DNA from: Bacillota bacterium
GTDB taxonomy: Bacteria; Bacillota; Sulfobacillia; Thermaerobacterales; RSA17
Direction: 5' to 3'
Length of the DNA stretch: 64,000 nt
NCBI GenBank assembly: GCA_017577485.2
Contig: PKRI02000005.1
Location: 1,005-65,004, forward strand
Part shown: positions 35,422-43,686 of the stretch, in pieces
Layout of the letters: each line of letters opens with the position of its first letter
Position numbering within the stretch: position 1 is the stretch's first letter
Position numbers and translations under genes: made by a program
Notes under the pieces: model-generated
Told to the model about the DNA's origin: nothing
The model's input: only the letters and a program-made list of their open reading frames with translations
Database searches by the model: none

Positions 35422-36273
35422 TCAGCGGCCGCGCGGCCGGGCCGGTCCGGGCTGCGGCTCGCGCTCGTAGGGGATGGGGATGTACTGCACCGACGGCCGC
35501 TGCTGGGCCGGTTGGGGATACAGGTCCATCAGCGTGTAGACTTCCGGGGGCATGCCGGTGCTGACGGGCAGGCCCATGCGCTGGGCCTCCTCCACGCTGA
35601 TGGGGTAGTCGTGGGTCCACCGCCCGCTGGCCAGGACCGAGGCCACCGTTTCCGCTTTCTCCCTGGGCATGCCGTTGGCGGTGGTGATCTCGACCACCAG
35701 CTGGCGCACCTGCGCCAGGGCCTTGCGCGCCATTTCCGCCCGGATCACCGTCTCGTCGGATACCTCGGCGATGGGCTTGGCCTCCAGCACCCTGAGGATG
35801 TCGGCCGCGGCGTAGCCGCCGATCTGCGGGTCCACGGGGCCCAGCACGGCGTTGTCGTCCATGACGATCTCGTCGGCGGCCAGCGCCAGCAGCGTCCCAC
35901 CGCTCATGGCGTAGTGGGGGATGAACACCGTCACCTTCCCCCGGTGCCGGACCAGGGCCTGGGCGATCTGCTCGGCGGCCAGCACCAGGCCTCCGGGCGT
36001 GTGCAGGACCAGGTCCAGGGGCATCTCGGGCGGCGTCAGCTTGATGGCCCGCAGCACCCGCTCCGAGTCGTCGATGTCGATGTAGCGGGTGACCGGGATG
36101 CCCAGCAGCGACACCGACTCCTGGCGGTGGATGAGGGTGATCACGCGGCTGCCGCGCTTGCGCTCAAGCTGCCGGATGATGGCCAGGCGCTGAGACTGGC
36201 GGATCCGCTGCTGCAGCATGGGGGTCAGCACGGAGAACAGGAAAAACAGCCAGATGAGGCTGGCCAGGTCCAT
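35422..36273 (-). CDS. ClpP-fold membrane-anchored serine protease (SDH / SppA-related family)
   Basis: An N-terminal TM helix (LASLIWLFFLFSVLTPML) precedes ITLIHRQE, LHTPGGLVLAAEQIA and IPHYAMSGGTLLALAADEIVM. The start is trimmed to ATG 36273 behind RBS GGAGGGTGA. Confidence 0.75.
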   Translation of the reverse strand: MDLASLIWLFFLFSVLTPMLQQRIRQSQRLAIIRQLERKRGSRVITLIHRQESVSLLGIPVTRYIDIDDSERVLRAIKLTPPEMPLDLVLHTPGGLVLAAEQIAQALVRHRGKVTVFIPHYAMSGGTLLALAADEIVMDDNAVLGPVDPQIGGYAAADILRVLEAKPIAEVSDETVIRAEMARKALAQVRQLVVEITTANGMPREKAETVASVLASGRWTHDYPISVEEAQRMGLPVSTGMPPEVYTLMDLYPQPAQQRPSVQYIPIPYEREPQPGPARPRGR

Positions 36274-36442
36274 CGGATCACCCTCCACCAGCATTATCGT
36301 CCCACCTGGCTGCCAACGCCAGGACGGGCCCTGGGCCTCTAAAGGACTTTCGGGCCGGATCCCGGGCGGAGCCGGGCCCGTCCCGGAGGCGGGGCCGGCG
36401 GCTGCGGCAGGCCTGGGCCGCCCGGCGGCGTAGCAGGGAAGT

Positions 36443-37156
36443 GTGACGGTGCTGCCCAGGGCCGTCGTCTTCGACTTCGACGGCACCATCATCGACACCG
36501 AGAGCCCCGAGTACCGGTCCTGGTCCGAGGTCTACCGCCGCTTCGGGCTGGAACTGCCGCTGGACCGCTGGGCCCAGGGCGTGGGCGCCGCCTGGGGCAT
36601 CTTCGATCCCCTGGACGACCTGGAGCGGCGCCTGGGCACCGCCCTGGACCGCGAGGCGGTGGCCGCGTGGCGGGCGCAGCGGGACCGGCAGCTGATCCTG
36701 GCCGAGGGCGTCCGTCCCGGCATCCTGGATCTGCTGGCCGAGATGGCGCAGCACGGCATTCCCGCAGCCATCGCCTCCAGTTCGCCGCGATCCTGGGTGG
36801 ATGAGCACCTGGCCCGGCTGGGCCTGGAGCGGTACTTCCCGGTGATCTGCACCATCGACGACGGGGTCCCTGCCAAGCCCGCTCCCGACCTCTACCAGCT
36901 GGCGTGCCGGCGCCTGGGGGTGGAGCCGTCCCTGGCCCTGGCCATCGAGGACTCGCCCAACGGCGCGATGGCCGCGCGGTCGGCGGGCCTGCCCTGCGTG
37001 GTGGTTCCCAACCAGGTGACGGCGCTGCTGTCCTTCCCCGAGCACCAGGTGGTCCTGGAAACCCTCCAGGGCGTCAGCCTGGCCCGCCTGTGGCGGGCGG
37101 CCGCCGGGGATGGTTCCCGGCCCGGGGACGGTTACCGTCGGGACCCGGCGCCGTGA
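36443..37156 (+). CDS. HAD-superfamily hydrolase (beta-phosphoglucomutase-like subfamily IA)
   Basis: Motif I VVFDFDGTIIDTE, motif II ASSS and motif III/IV KPAPDLY...AIEDSPNGAMAARSAG. Confidence 0.85.
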   Translation: MTVLPRAVVFDFDGTIIDTESPEYRSWSEVYRRFGLELPLDRWAQGVGAAWGIFDPLDDLERRLGTALDREAVAAWRAQRDRQLILAEGVRPGILDLLAEMAQHGIPAAIASSSPRSWVDEHLARLGLERYFPVICTIDDGVPAKPAPDLYQLACRRLGVEPSLALAIEDSPNGAMAARSAGLPCVVVPNQVTALLSFPEHQVVLETLQGVSLARLWRAAAGDGSRPGDGYRRDPAP

Positions 37157-37288
37157 CCCCCTGCGGCCAGCCTGGGACTGAGACCTTCGCCGCCCACCCG
37201 ACCCCTCATGGCATGGGATGGGGCCCGGCCGGGGCGAACACCACGACCGCCGGAACACCCACCCCCACCCTGCAGGTGAATTTCGAAA

Positions 37289-37315
37289 CGAGTCGTATAC
37301 GATTTCATGTACGAA
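37289..37315. promoter_or_regulatory. Operator-like AT-rich motif, copy 1 (upstream of livH-like gene)
   Basis: CGAGTCGTATACGATTTCATGTACGAA contains the perfect palindrome TCGTATACGA (37293-37302) followed by the related TCATGTACGA. It matches the copy at 43660-43686 at 25 of 27 positions. Confidence 0.6.
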
Positions 37316-37356
37316 GTTTTTTCGGCTCAGCATCAAGACGAAGCAGGGGATTGCGT

Positions 37357-38256
37357 ATGTCACTTGAGCAGAGGCTCATCCAGCTTCTTGCCACCGGCAT
37401 CAGCAACGGGGCCATCTACGCCCTGCTGGGCCTGGGCCTGGTGGTGGTCTACAGCACCACCCGCATCGTCAACGTGGCCATCGGCGAGTTCGCCACCTTC
37501 GGCGCCCTGATCACCGTCAGCCTGCTGGCGGCCGGCGTGCCCTTCCCGGTGGCCATCCCGGCGGCGCTGGCGGCGGTGATGGTGCTGGCCGCCGGCGTGT
37601 ACCGGGTGGCCCTGCAGCCGGCCCGGCAGAAGAGCGCCGGGGGCCTGACGCTGCTGATCATCAGCATCGCCCTGCACCTGGCCCTCAAGGGCGTCGCCCT
37701 GATCCTCTGGGGCACCCGGTCCTACACCCTGCCGGCGTTCACGCCGGGCACCGTCAGGATCTCCCTGGCGGTGCTGCAGAAGCAGCACCTCTGGATCCTG
37801 GGGCTGGCCGCGCTGGTGATGCTGGCCCTGTGGTTGGGGTTCAACTACACGGTGCGGGGGCGGGCGCTGCGGGCGTCGGCGGTCAACCCGGTGGGCGCGC
37901 GGCTCATGGGCATCCCCGTCATGGCCATGGGCGGGGCGGCCTTCGCCCTGAGCGCGGGCCTGGCGGCCCTGAGCGGCGTCATGATCACGCCGCTGTCCCT
38001 GGCCACCTACGACATGGGCTTCATGCTGGGCCTCAAGGGCTTCGTGGGCGCGGTCCTGGCCGGCCTGCACAATTACCCGGTCACGGTGCTGGGCTGCCTG
38101 TTCCTGGGTGTGGTCGAAGCCATGGCGGCCGGCCTGCTGCCTTCGGGTTACCGGGATGCCGTGGCCTTCATCATGCTCATCGCCGTCCTGCTCTGGCGGG
38201 CGCTGCCCGCGCTGCGTCACGGCGTGCTCTACAGTGAGGAGGCGGTCCGCGAATGA
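37357..38256 (+). CDS. livH: Branched-chain-amino-acid-type ABC transporter permease (LivH family)
   Basis: LIQLLATGISNGAIYALLGLGLVVVYSTTRIVNVAIGEF..., RALRASAVNP..A.LMGI. The start is ATG 37357 inside track ORF 36904..38256. Confidence 0.88.
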   Translation: MSLEQRLIQLLATGISNGAIYALLGLGLVVVYSTTRIVNVAIGEFATFGALITVSLLAAGVPFPVAIPAALAAVMVLAAGVYRVALQPARQKSAGGLTLLIISIALHLALKGVALILWGTRSYTLPAFTPGTVRISLAVLQKQHLWILGLAALVMLALWLGFNYTVRGRALRASAVNPVGARLMGIPVMAMGGAAFALSAGLAALSGVMITPLSLATYDMGFMLGLKGFVGAVLAGLHNYPVTVLGCLFLGVVEAMAAGLLPSGYRDAVAFIMLIAVLLWRALPALRHGVLYSEEAVRE

Positions 38257-41075
38257 CGGGCTCAACAGCCGCCGCGCCGGGCCGGCATTACCGGTGGCTG
38301 GCCGCCGCCGGCCTGGTGCTGTGGGCCGTCCTGCCGCTGCTGCTGGCCGGCCGGCTGTCGCTGTCGATCTTCATCCTCATCTACCTGTACGCCACCATCG
38401 CCATCGGGCTCAGCCTGCTGGCCGGGTACGCCGGCCAGGTGTCCCTGGGCCAGGCCGCCTTCTACGGGCTGGGCGCCTACATCACCGGCATCCTGACCGT
38501 CCACGCCGGCCTGTCGCCCTGGCTGTCGTTCCCCGCCGCGGTGCTGGGCACCGGCCTGCTGGCCTACGTGGTGGGCGCGCCGATCCTGATGCTGCGGGGC
38601 CACTACCTGGTGGTGGGGACCCTGGGCCTCAACATCGTGGTCACCGTGCTGTTCCGCCAGCTGTACGGGCTCACCGGCGGTCCCAGCGGCCTGACCGGCA
38701 TCCTGCCCTTCAGCATCGGTGACGTGGTCCTGCGGGGCAACGTGGTCTATTACTACGCCTCGGGCCTCTTGATGCTGGCGGCGGCCTGGATGTCGTCCAA
38801 CCTGATCCGTTCCCGCTTCGGCCGCGCGCTGCAGGCCATCCACGCCAGCGAGACGGCCGCCGAGAGCGCCGGCATCGATCCCACCCGTCACAAGCTTCTG
38901 GTCTTCGTGTGGAGCGCGGTGCTGGCGGCGGCGGCCGGGGCCATGTACGCCCATTACGTCGGGTTCATCAGTCCCTCGCCCTTCGGCTTTGAGTTCTCCG
39001 TGCAGCTTCTGATGATGGCGGTCATCGGCGGCATCGCCTCGGTGCCGGGCGCCGTCCTGGGCGCGGCGCTGGCCGTGCTGCTGCGGGAAGGGCTGCGCAG
39101 CGTGATCCCGCTGCTGGTGGGCGCCAGCGCCGCCGAGTACGAGATCGTGGTCTTCGGCGTGCTGCTGGCGGCCGTGGTGATCCTGAGCCCCGAGGGGCTC
39201 TGGCCGCGGATCAGCCGCTGGCTGGACCGGGTTCTGGCCGGGCGCCCGGCGGCCGCCGGGGCCGGGTCCGGTGTCCCTGCCCGCCAGCCCGTGCCCCCGA
39301 TGGGGAACGTGGTCCGCCTGCCCCAGGATGCGGCCGCCCGGGCCGCCGCCCCGCACGGCAGCCCGGCGCCGGCGAACCCCGCTGCCGCCAACCCTGCGCC
39401 GGTGCGCGTGCTGCCGGGTCCCGCGGCGAACACGGCCGCCAACCCGGGTGCCGCCAACCCGGCGGCTGCGAGCACGGCTGCCGGGAACCCGGGCGGCGGG
39501 CCCGCCGGCTCCCGCGAGCCGCTGCTGAAGGTGGAAGGGTTGACCCGGCGCTTCGGCGGCCTGGTGGCGGTCCGCGACCTGTCCTTCGAGGTGTACCCCG
39601 GCGAGATCTTTGCCATCATGGGCCCCAACGGCGCCGGCAAGACCACGCTCTTCAACATGATTTCGGGCGTGCTCAGGCCCACCTCGGGCCGCATCCTGCT
39701 GGACGGCCGCCCCATCGACGGCCTGCCGGCCCACCGCGTGGCTGCCCTGGGCGTGGCCCGCACGTTCCAGACCCCGAGGCTTTTCCCGCTGCTGGACGCG
39801 GCCGAGAACGTGATGGTGGGCCTGCACCAGCACCTGCGCGCGGGCTTCGCCGTTTCCGCGCTGCGCATGACTGGGCGTGAAGAGGCCGCGGCCCGGTCCC
39901 GGGCTCTGGACGCCCTGGTCCAGGTGGGCAGCCCGGAACTGGCGCCGCAGCCGGTGGATGCACTGCCCTTCGGCGCCCACCGCATGATCGAGCTGGCGCG
40001 GGCGCTGGCGGCTCGGCCCCGCCTGCTGCTGCTGGATGAGCCGGCGTCAGGCCTCACCGGTGCCGAGCGCCAGGAACTGGCCCGGCTGATCCGCCAGGTG
40101 AGGGATGCCGGCGTCACCGTCATCCTGGTGGAGCACGATGTGCCTTTCCTGATGCAGCTGGCCGACCGCGTGCTGGTGGTCCACCACGGGGAGGCCATCG
40201 CCCAGGGCCTGCCGGGGCAGGTTCGCCGCGACCCACGGGTGATCGCCGCGTACCTGGGCGACGAGCAGGGCGGCGGCGACGACGGGGCGCCTCTGGACGG
40301 GGCCGCCGAGGCGAAGGCTCCCGACGCGATCCTGGAAGTTTCGAGCCTGTCGGCCGGGTACGGCCGGGTGCCCGTGCTGCGGGACGTGTCCTTCCAGGTG
40401 GGCGCCGGCGAGATCGTGGCGGTGCTGGGCGCCAACGGGGCCGGTAAGACCACGCTGATGCGGGCCGTCTGCGGCCTGCTGCCCGCCACCGGCAGCGTCC
40501 GGTACGAGGGCCGGGAAGTGCTGGGGCTGCCGGCGGAGCGCATCTCGGAACTGGGCATCGCCCTGGTGCCGGAGCGCCGGCAGTTGTTCGACACCATGTC
40601 GGTGGAGGACAACCTGATCCTGGGCGCCTACACCAGGTTCCGGGGCCGCGGAACCGACCCCGGCGCCGCCGCCGTTGCGCGGGACCTCCGGCATGTTTAC
40701 GACCTGTTCCCGATCCTTCACGAGAAGCGCCACCAGCCGGCCCGGTCGCTGTCCGGCGGGCAGCAGCAGATGCTGGCCATCGGGCGGGCCCTGATGGCCA
40801 GGCCGCGGGTGCTGCTGCTGGATGAGCCGCTGCTGGGCCTGGCGCCTCTGGTGGTGGCCGACATCCTCAACGTCATCCGCCGCATGCGTGATGACGGCCT
40901 GGCGGTGGTGCTGGTGGAGCAGAACGCAGCCACGGTTCTGCCCATCTGCGACCGGGCCTATGTCCTGGAGGCCGGGCGCATCGCCCTGTCGGGCGAGGCC
41001 CGGAGGCTCCGTCGCGCCCCGGAACTCCAGGCCGTGTTCCTGGGCGGGGCAGTGGGCGGGGAGGTGAGACGCTGA
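38253..41075 (+). CDS. Fusion protein: LivM-type permease plus LivG-type ATPase plus LivF-type ATPase in one 940-aa ORF
   Basis: This is a single uninterrupted track ORF. The LivM part shows GYAGQVSLGQAAFYGLGAY and RALQAIHASETAAESAGI. An Ala/Asn/Pro linker follows (about 39330-39510). NBD1 has GPNGAGKTT, FGAHRMIELARAL and LLLLDEPASGL. NBD2 has GANGAGKTT, LSGGQQQMLAIGRAL and LLLLDEPLLGL. Confidence 0.85.
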   Translation: MTGSTAAAPGRHYRWLAAAGLVLWAVLPLLLAGRLSLSIFILIYLYATIAIGLSLLAGYAGQVSLGQAAFYGLGAYITGILTVHAGLSPWLSFPAAVLGTGLLAYVVGAPILMLRGHYLVVGTLGLNIVVTVLFRQLYGLTGGPSGLTGILPFSIGDVVLRGNVVYYYASGLLMLAAAWMSSNLIRSRFGRALQAIHASETAAESAGIDPTRHKLLVFVWSAVLAAAAGAMYAHYVGFISPSPFGFEFSVQLLMMAVIGGIASVPGAVLGAALAVLLREGLRSVIPLLVGASAAEYEIVVFGVLLAAVVILSPEGLWPRISRWLDRVLAGRPAAAGAGSGVPARQPVPPMGNVVRLPQDAAARAAAPHGSPAPANPAAANPAPVRVLPGPAANTAANPGAANPAAASTAAGNPGGGPAGSREPLLKVEGLTRRFGGLVAVRDLSFEVYPGEIFAIMGPNGAGKTTLFNMISGVLRPTSGRILLDGRPIDGLPAHRVAALGVARTFQTPRLFPLLDAAENVMVGLHQHLRAGFAVSALRMTGREEAAARSRALDALVQVGSPELAPQPVDALPFGAHRMIELARALAARPRLLLLDEPASGLTGAERQELARLIRQVRDAGVTVILVEHDVPFLMQLADRVLVVHHGEAIAQGLPGQVRRDPRVIAAYLGDEQGGGDDGAPLDGAAEAKAPDAILEVSSLSAGYGRVPVLRDVSFQVGAGEIVAVLGANGAGKTTLMRAVCGLLPATGSVRYEGREVLGLPAERISELGIALVPERRQLFDTMSVEDNLILGAYTRFRGRGTDPGAAAVARDLRHVYDLFPILHEKRHQPARSLSGGQQQMLAIGRALMARPRVLLLDEPLLGLAPLVVADILNVIRRMRDDGLAVVLVEQNAATVLPICDRAYVLEAGRIALSGEARRLRRAPELQAVFLGGAVGGEVRR

Positions 41076-41148
41076 TCCGGTTCCTGAACGGTGACCGTCG
41101 TAGCGCTGTGCGCCAGCGCCGGTAATCGTGTCGAGGGGGGTACCGCCT

Positions 41149-42435
41149 TTGCGGAGGACAGTCTGGCGAAAGGTTTTCGGGGTCTGTCTCCTGATCCTGG
41201 CGCTGATCCTCACCGCCTGCGGCGGCGGTGGCGGCGGGACCGGTGGTTCCGGCGGCGGGAGCACCGGCGGTACGGGCAGCTCCGGTGGGACCGGCGGCTC
41301 CGGCGGCGACCAGGGCGGCCAGGGGACCGGCAGCGCCACGCCGATCCGCATCGGCCTGGTGTTCTCGATCACCGGGAACTCCAGCTCGCTGGGTGAGCCC
41401 GAGCGGAATACGGCGGAATTGTTCAAGGGCGACTGGACCGAGATCAACGGCCATCCCATCGAGTGGATCATCGAGGACGACCAGTCGGATCCCACCCAGG
41501 CCGTGGTGACGGTCCAGAGGCTGATCGAAGAGGACCAGGTGGCGGCGGTGGTCTGCTGCACCATCAGCCCGTCCAGCATGGCCATCCTGGACGTGGTCCA
41601 GCAGGCCGGCGTGCCCAACATCTCGGTGGCCGCTTCGGCCGCCATCGTCGAGCCCGTCAACGAGCGCTACTGGGTGTTTAAGACGCCGCAGAACGACGCG
41701 CTGATGATCGACATCATGACGGATTACATGGTGGCCCAGGGGCACCGCCGCATCGCCTTCATCGGCTTCAACGACGCCTACGGCGATGGGGGCCGCGTTG
41801 AGCTGGAGCGGCTGGCTCCGGGCAAGGGCCTCGAGATCGTGGCGGTGGAGTCCTTCGCCCGCGATGACACCGACACCACCGCCCAGGTCACCCGCATGGC
41901 CGCCCAGAATCCCGACGCTTTCCTGGTCTGGGCCATCCCGCCCGGGGCCAACGTGGCGCACCGGAACATCTATGACCTGCAGCTGCCCCAGCCCATTTAC
42001 CAGAGCCACGGCGTGGCCAACCGCCAGTTCATTGAACTGGGCGGCGACTCGGTGGAAGGGACGCTGATGCCGGCGGGCAAGCTGCTGGTGGCCGACCAGC
42101 TGCCCGACGATGACCCGCAGAAGGAACTGCTGCTGGCTTACCGCGACCGGTACGAGGCCCGCTACGGCCAGGGGACGGCCAACACCTTCGGCGGCCACGC
42201 CTGGGACGCCATGGCCATCCTGGCCCACGTGATCGAGAACGTCCTGAACGCCGGCGGTGATCCGGCCGACCTGCCCGCCTTCCGGGCGGCCATCCGCGAC
42301 GAGCTGGAGCGGGTGCAGGAGTTCGTGGGCATCTCCGGCATTTTCAACTACAGCGCCGGCGATCATCACGGCCTGGACCACAGGGCCGGCACCATGATCA
42401 CCATCCAGAACGGGAACTGGCAGATTCTCCCCTGA
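41149..42435 (+). CDS. LivK/LivJ-type periplasmic-binding lipoprotein (Leu/Ile/Val-binding family)
   Basis: The signal peptide carries the lipobox LILTAC-G and is followed by a long Gly/Ser/Thr linker. A type-I PBP core follows (IRIGLVFSITG...EDDQSDP..AV...L). The start is trimmed to TTG 41149 behind RBS GAGGGGGG. Confidence 0.85.
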   Translation: MRRTVWRKVFGVCLLILALILTACGGGGGGTGGSGGGSTGGTGSSGGTGGSGGDQGGQGTGSATPIRIGLVFSITGNSSSLGEPERNTAELFKGDWTEINGHPIEWIIEDDQSDPTQAVVTVQRLIEEDQVAAVVCCTISPSSMAILDVVQQAGVPNISVAASAAIVEPVNERYWVFKTPQNDALMIDIMTDYMVAQGHRRIAFIGFNDAYGDGGRVELERLAPGKGLEIVAVESFARDDTDTTAQVTRMAAQNPDAFLVWAIPPGANVAHRNIYDLQLPQPIYQSHGVANRQFIELGGDSVEGTLMPAGKLLVADQLPDDDPQKELLLAYRDRYEARYGQGTANTFGGHAWDAMAILAHVIENVLNAGGDPADLPAFRAAIRDELERVQEFVGISGIFNYSAGDHHGLDHRAGTMITIQNGNWQILP

Positions 42436-42456
42436 CGGGAACCTGCCGCGGCACCC

Positions 42457-42496
42457 GGGCCCCTGCCCACCGGCGGCAGGGGCCCGGTGTCCTTTG
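42457..42496 (+). terminator. Strong GC hairpin after the binding-protein gene (candidate terminator)
   Basis: Perfect 11-bp stem GGGCCCCTGCC (42457-42467) / GGCAGGGGCCC (42475-42485) with a 7-nt loop, followed by GGTGTCCTTTG. The T-tract is weak. Confidence 0.5.
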
Positions 42497-42559
42497 CCGG
42501 GTGCGCTGGGGCGGGCGCTGCCGGGGAGGCAGGGCGTGCGGGACGGAGGTAGGAATGGC

Positions 42560-43549
42560 GTGACGACGGGCACGGTATGGACCGATCCGCGCTTTCCGGG
42601 CGTGTCGTGCAGGCGGGTGGGGCCGGAGGCGCTGGACATGCTCCTGGAACTCAAGACCCGGCTGCAGCAGGACTACCTGCCGGACGCGCTGCCGGACTGG
42701 CTCAGGGACAGCCCCGGCGGCGTTTACGCCTACTACTATGAGGACCAACTCTGCGGCCTCTGCAGCATCCACATCCCGCGCCCCGGGGAGGCCTGGCTGC
42801 GGGGCAAGCGCATCGCCCTGGGCTTCGAGGGCAAGGGCATCGGCACGGCTACGGCGGTCTTTGAAATGGAGGAAGCCCGCCGGCTGGGTGCCCGGGTGGC
42901 CCGGCTGATCACGGAGGTGGGCAACGCCGCCGTCCACCGCATGATGCGGGAGAAACTGGGCTTTCGGGACATGGGCCGCTGGTGGGTGGCGGAGGGGCTG
43001 AACCCCGCCGCGCTGGGCCGGACGGGCACCGAACCCGGCGCCCCGGCGGTGGCGGTGCTGGCGCCCGGCCGTCCCGCCGACGGGGACGCGGCGAAGGCCC
43101 TGGCCGGCCTGGGGCCGCTGCTGGCCAGGCACGCCGGGGCCTGCGGCCTGGACGACCCGCAGCAGGGGGGTGAGCGCCCCGAGCAGCCCTGCTGGGGCCT
43201 TTGGGCCACCCTGGACGATCCCTACACGCTGGCCGGCTTCGGCCCCCAGGAACTGGAGGAAGCGCTGCGGGCCGGTTCCACCCTGGCGGTGGCAGGGCCG
43301 CCGTCGGCGCCCCGGGGCCTGGCCCTGCTGACGCCTTCGGAGGGATGGGGCCCGATCCTGCGGCTGTTCGTTGGGGCCGACGAAGCTGCCGTGGCCGCGC
43401 TGCGCGCATGGCTCCGGTCCCTGGACACCGGCCGCCTGGTGGCCAGCCTGCCCGCCGTCCACGCGGCGGCGCTGCTGGGCACGTCCCCTGAAGCCCTGAC
43501 GGAACGGGGCGGCACGCTCTTCGTGCTGTACCAGCAGGATCTGGCGTGA
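42560..43549 (+). CDS. GNAT-family N-acetyltransferase domain protein with an uncharacterised C-terminal half
   Basis: GTG start behind RBS GGAGGT (9-nt spacing). Acetyl-CoA motif-A-like sequence RIALGFEGKGIGTATAVFEMEEARRLGARVARLITEVGNAAVHRMMREKLGF. I do not recognise the C-terminal 200 aa. Confidence 0.6.
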   Translation: MTTGTVWTDPRFPGVSCRRVGPEALDMLLELKTRLQQDYLPDALPDWLRDSPGGVYAYYYEDQLCGLCSIHIPRPGEAWLRGKRIALGFEGKGIGTATAVFEMEEARRLGARVARLITEVGNAAVHRMMREKLGFRDMGRWWVAEGLNPAALGRTGTEPGAPAVAVLAPGRPADGDAAKALAGLGPLLARHAGACGLDDPQQGGERPEQPCWGLWATLDDPYTLAGFGPQELEEALRAGSTLAVAGPPSAPRGLALLTPSEGWGPILRLFVGADEAAVAALRAWLRSLDTGRLVASLPAVHAAALLGTSPEALTERGGTLFVLYQQDLA

Positions 43550-43659
43550 GGTCGGTGCTGGCCGGTCGGCTGGGGTATCGTTCCTGGTCGTGATCCGGCG
43601 GCTCTGGCGGCGTATCCACCTGGCGGGCCGGGCGGGTCCGGGCAGGGAAGCAGCCCGGC

Positions 43660-43686
43660 CGAGTCGTATATGATTTCATGTATGAA
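43660..43686. promoter_or_regulatory. Operator-like AT-rich motif, copy 2 (overlapping the gntR start)
   Basis: CGAGTCGTATATGATTTCATGTATGAA matches the copy at 37289-37315 at 25 of 27 positions. It overlaps both candidate ATG starts (43670 and 43682) of the GntR-family gene. Confidence 0.6.

Noticed and set aside
37307-37510. ORF MYEVFSAQHQDEAGDCVCH..., starting at the ATG inside operator copy 1.
   Set aside because: It overlaps the livH start out of frame and turns into Trp/Pro/Ser junk. The ATG is part of the conserved operator motif, which also explains the shared HEI(V/I)YDS peptide seen in two antisense track ORFs.
39330-39510. Repetitive nucleotide stretches (GCC/AAC/CCG units) here, a Gly/Ser/Thr-coding stretch at 41215-41335, and a Gly/Ala stretch at 50615-50715. 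I considered them as possible CRISPR arrays or tandem-repeat elements.
   Set aside because: They lie in frame inside convincing ORFs and encode low-complexity linkers (AANP, GGS/GGT, GAGA). There is no repeat-spacer periodicity and no cas genes.
38262-42654. ORFs 38262..39980 (-), 38954..40612 (-), 40047..41660 (-) and 40873..42654 (-).
   Set aside because: They lie opposite the LivMGF fusion and the binding-protein genes, which carry unambiguous ABC motifs. The antisense translations are Arg/Pro/Gly-rich junk.
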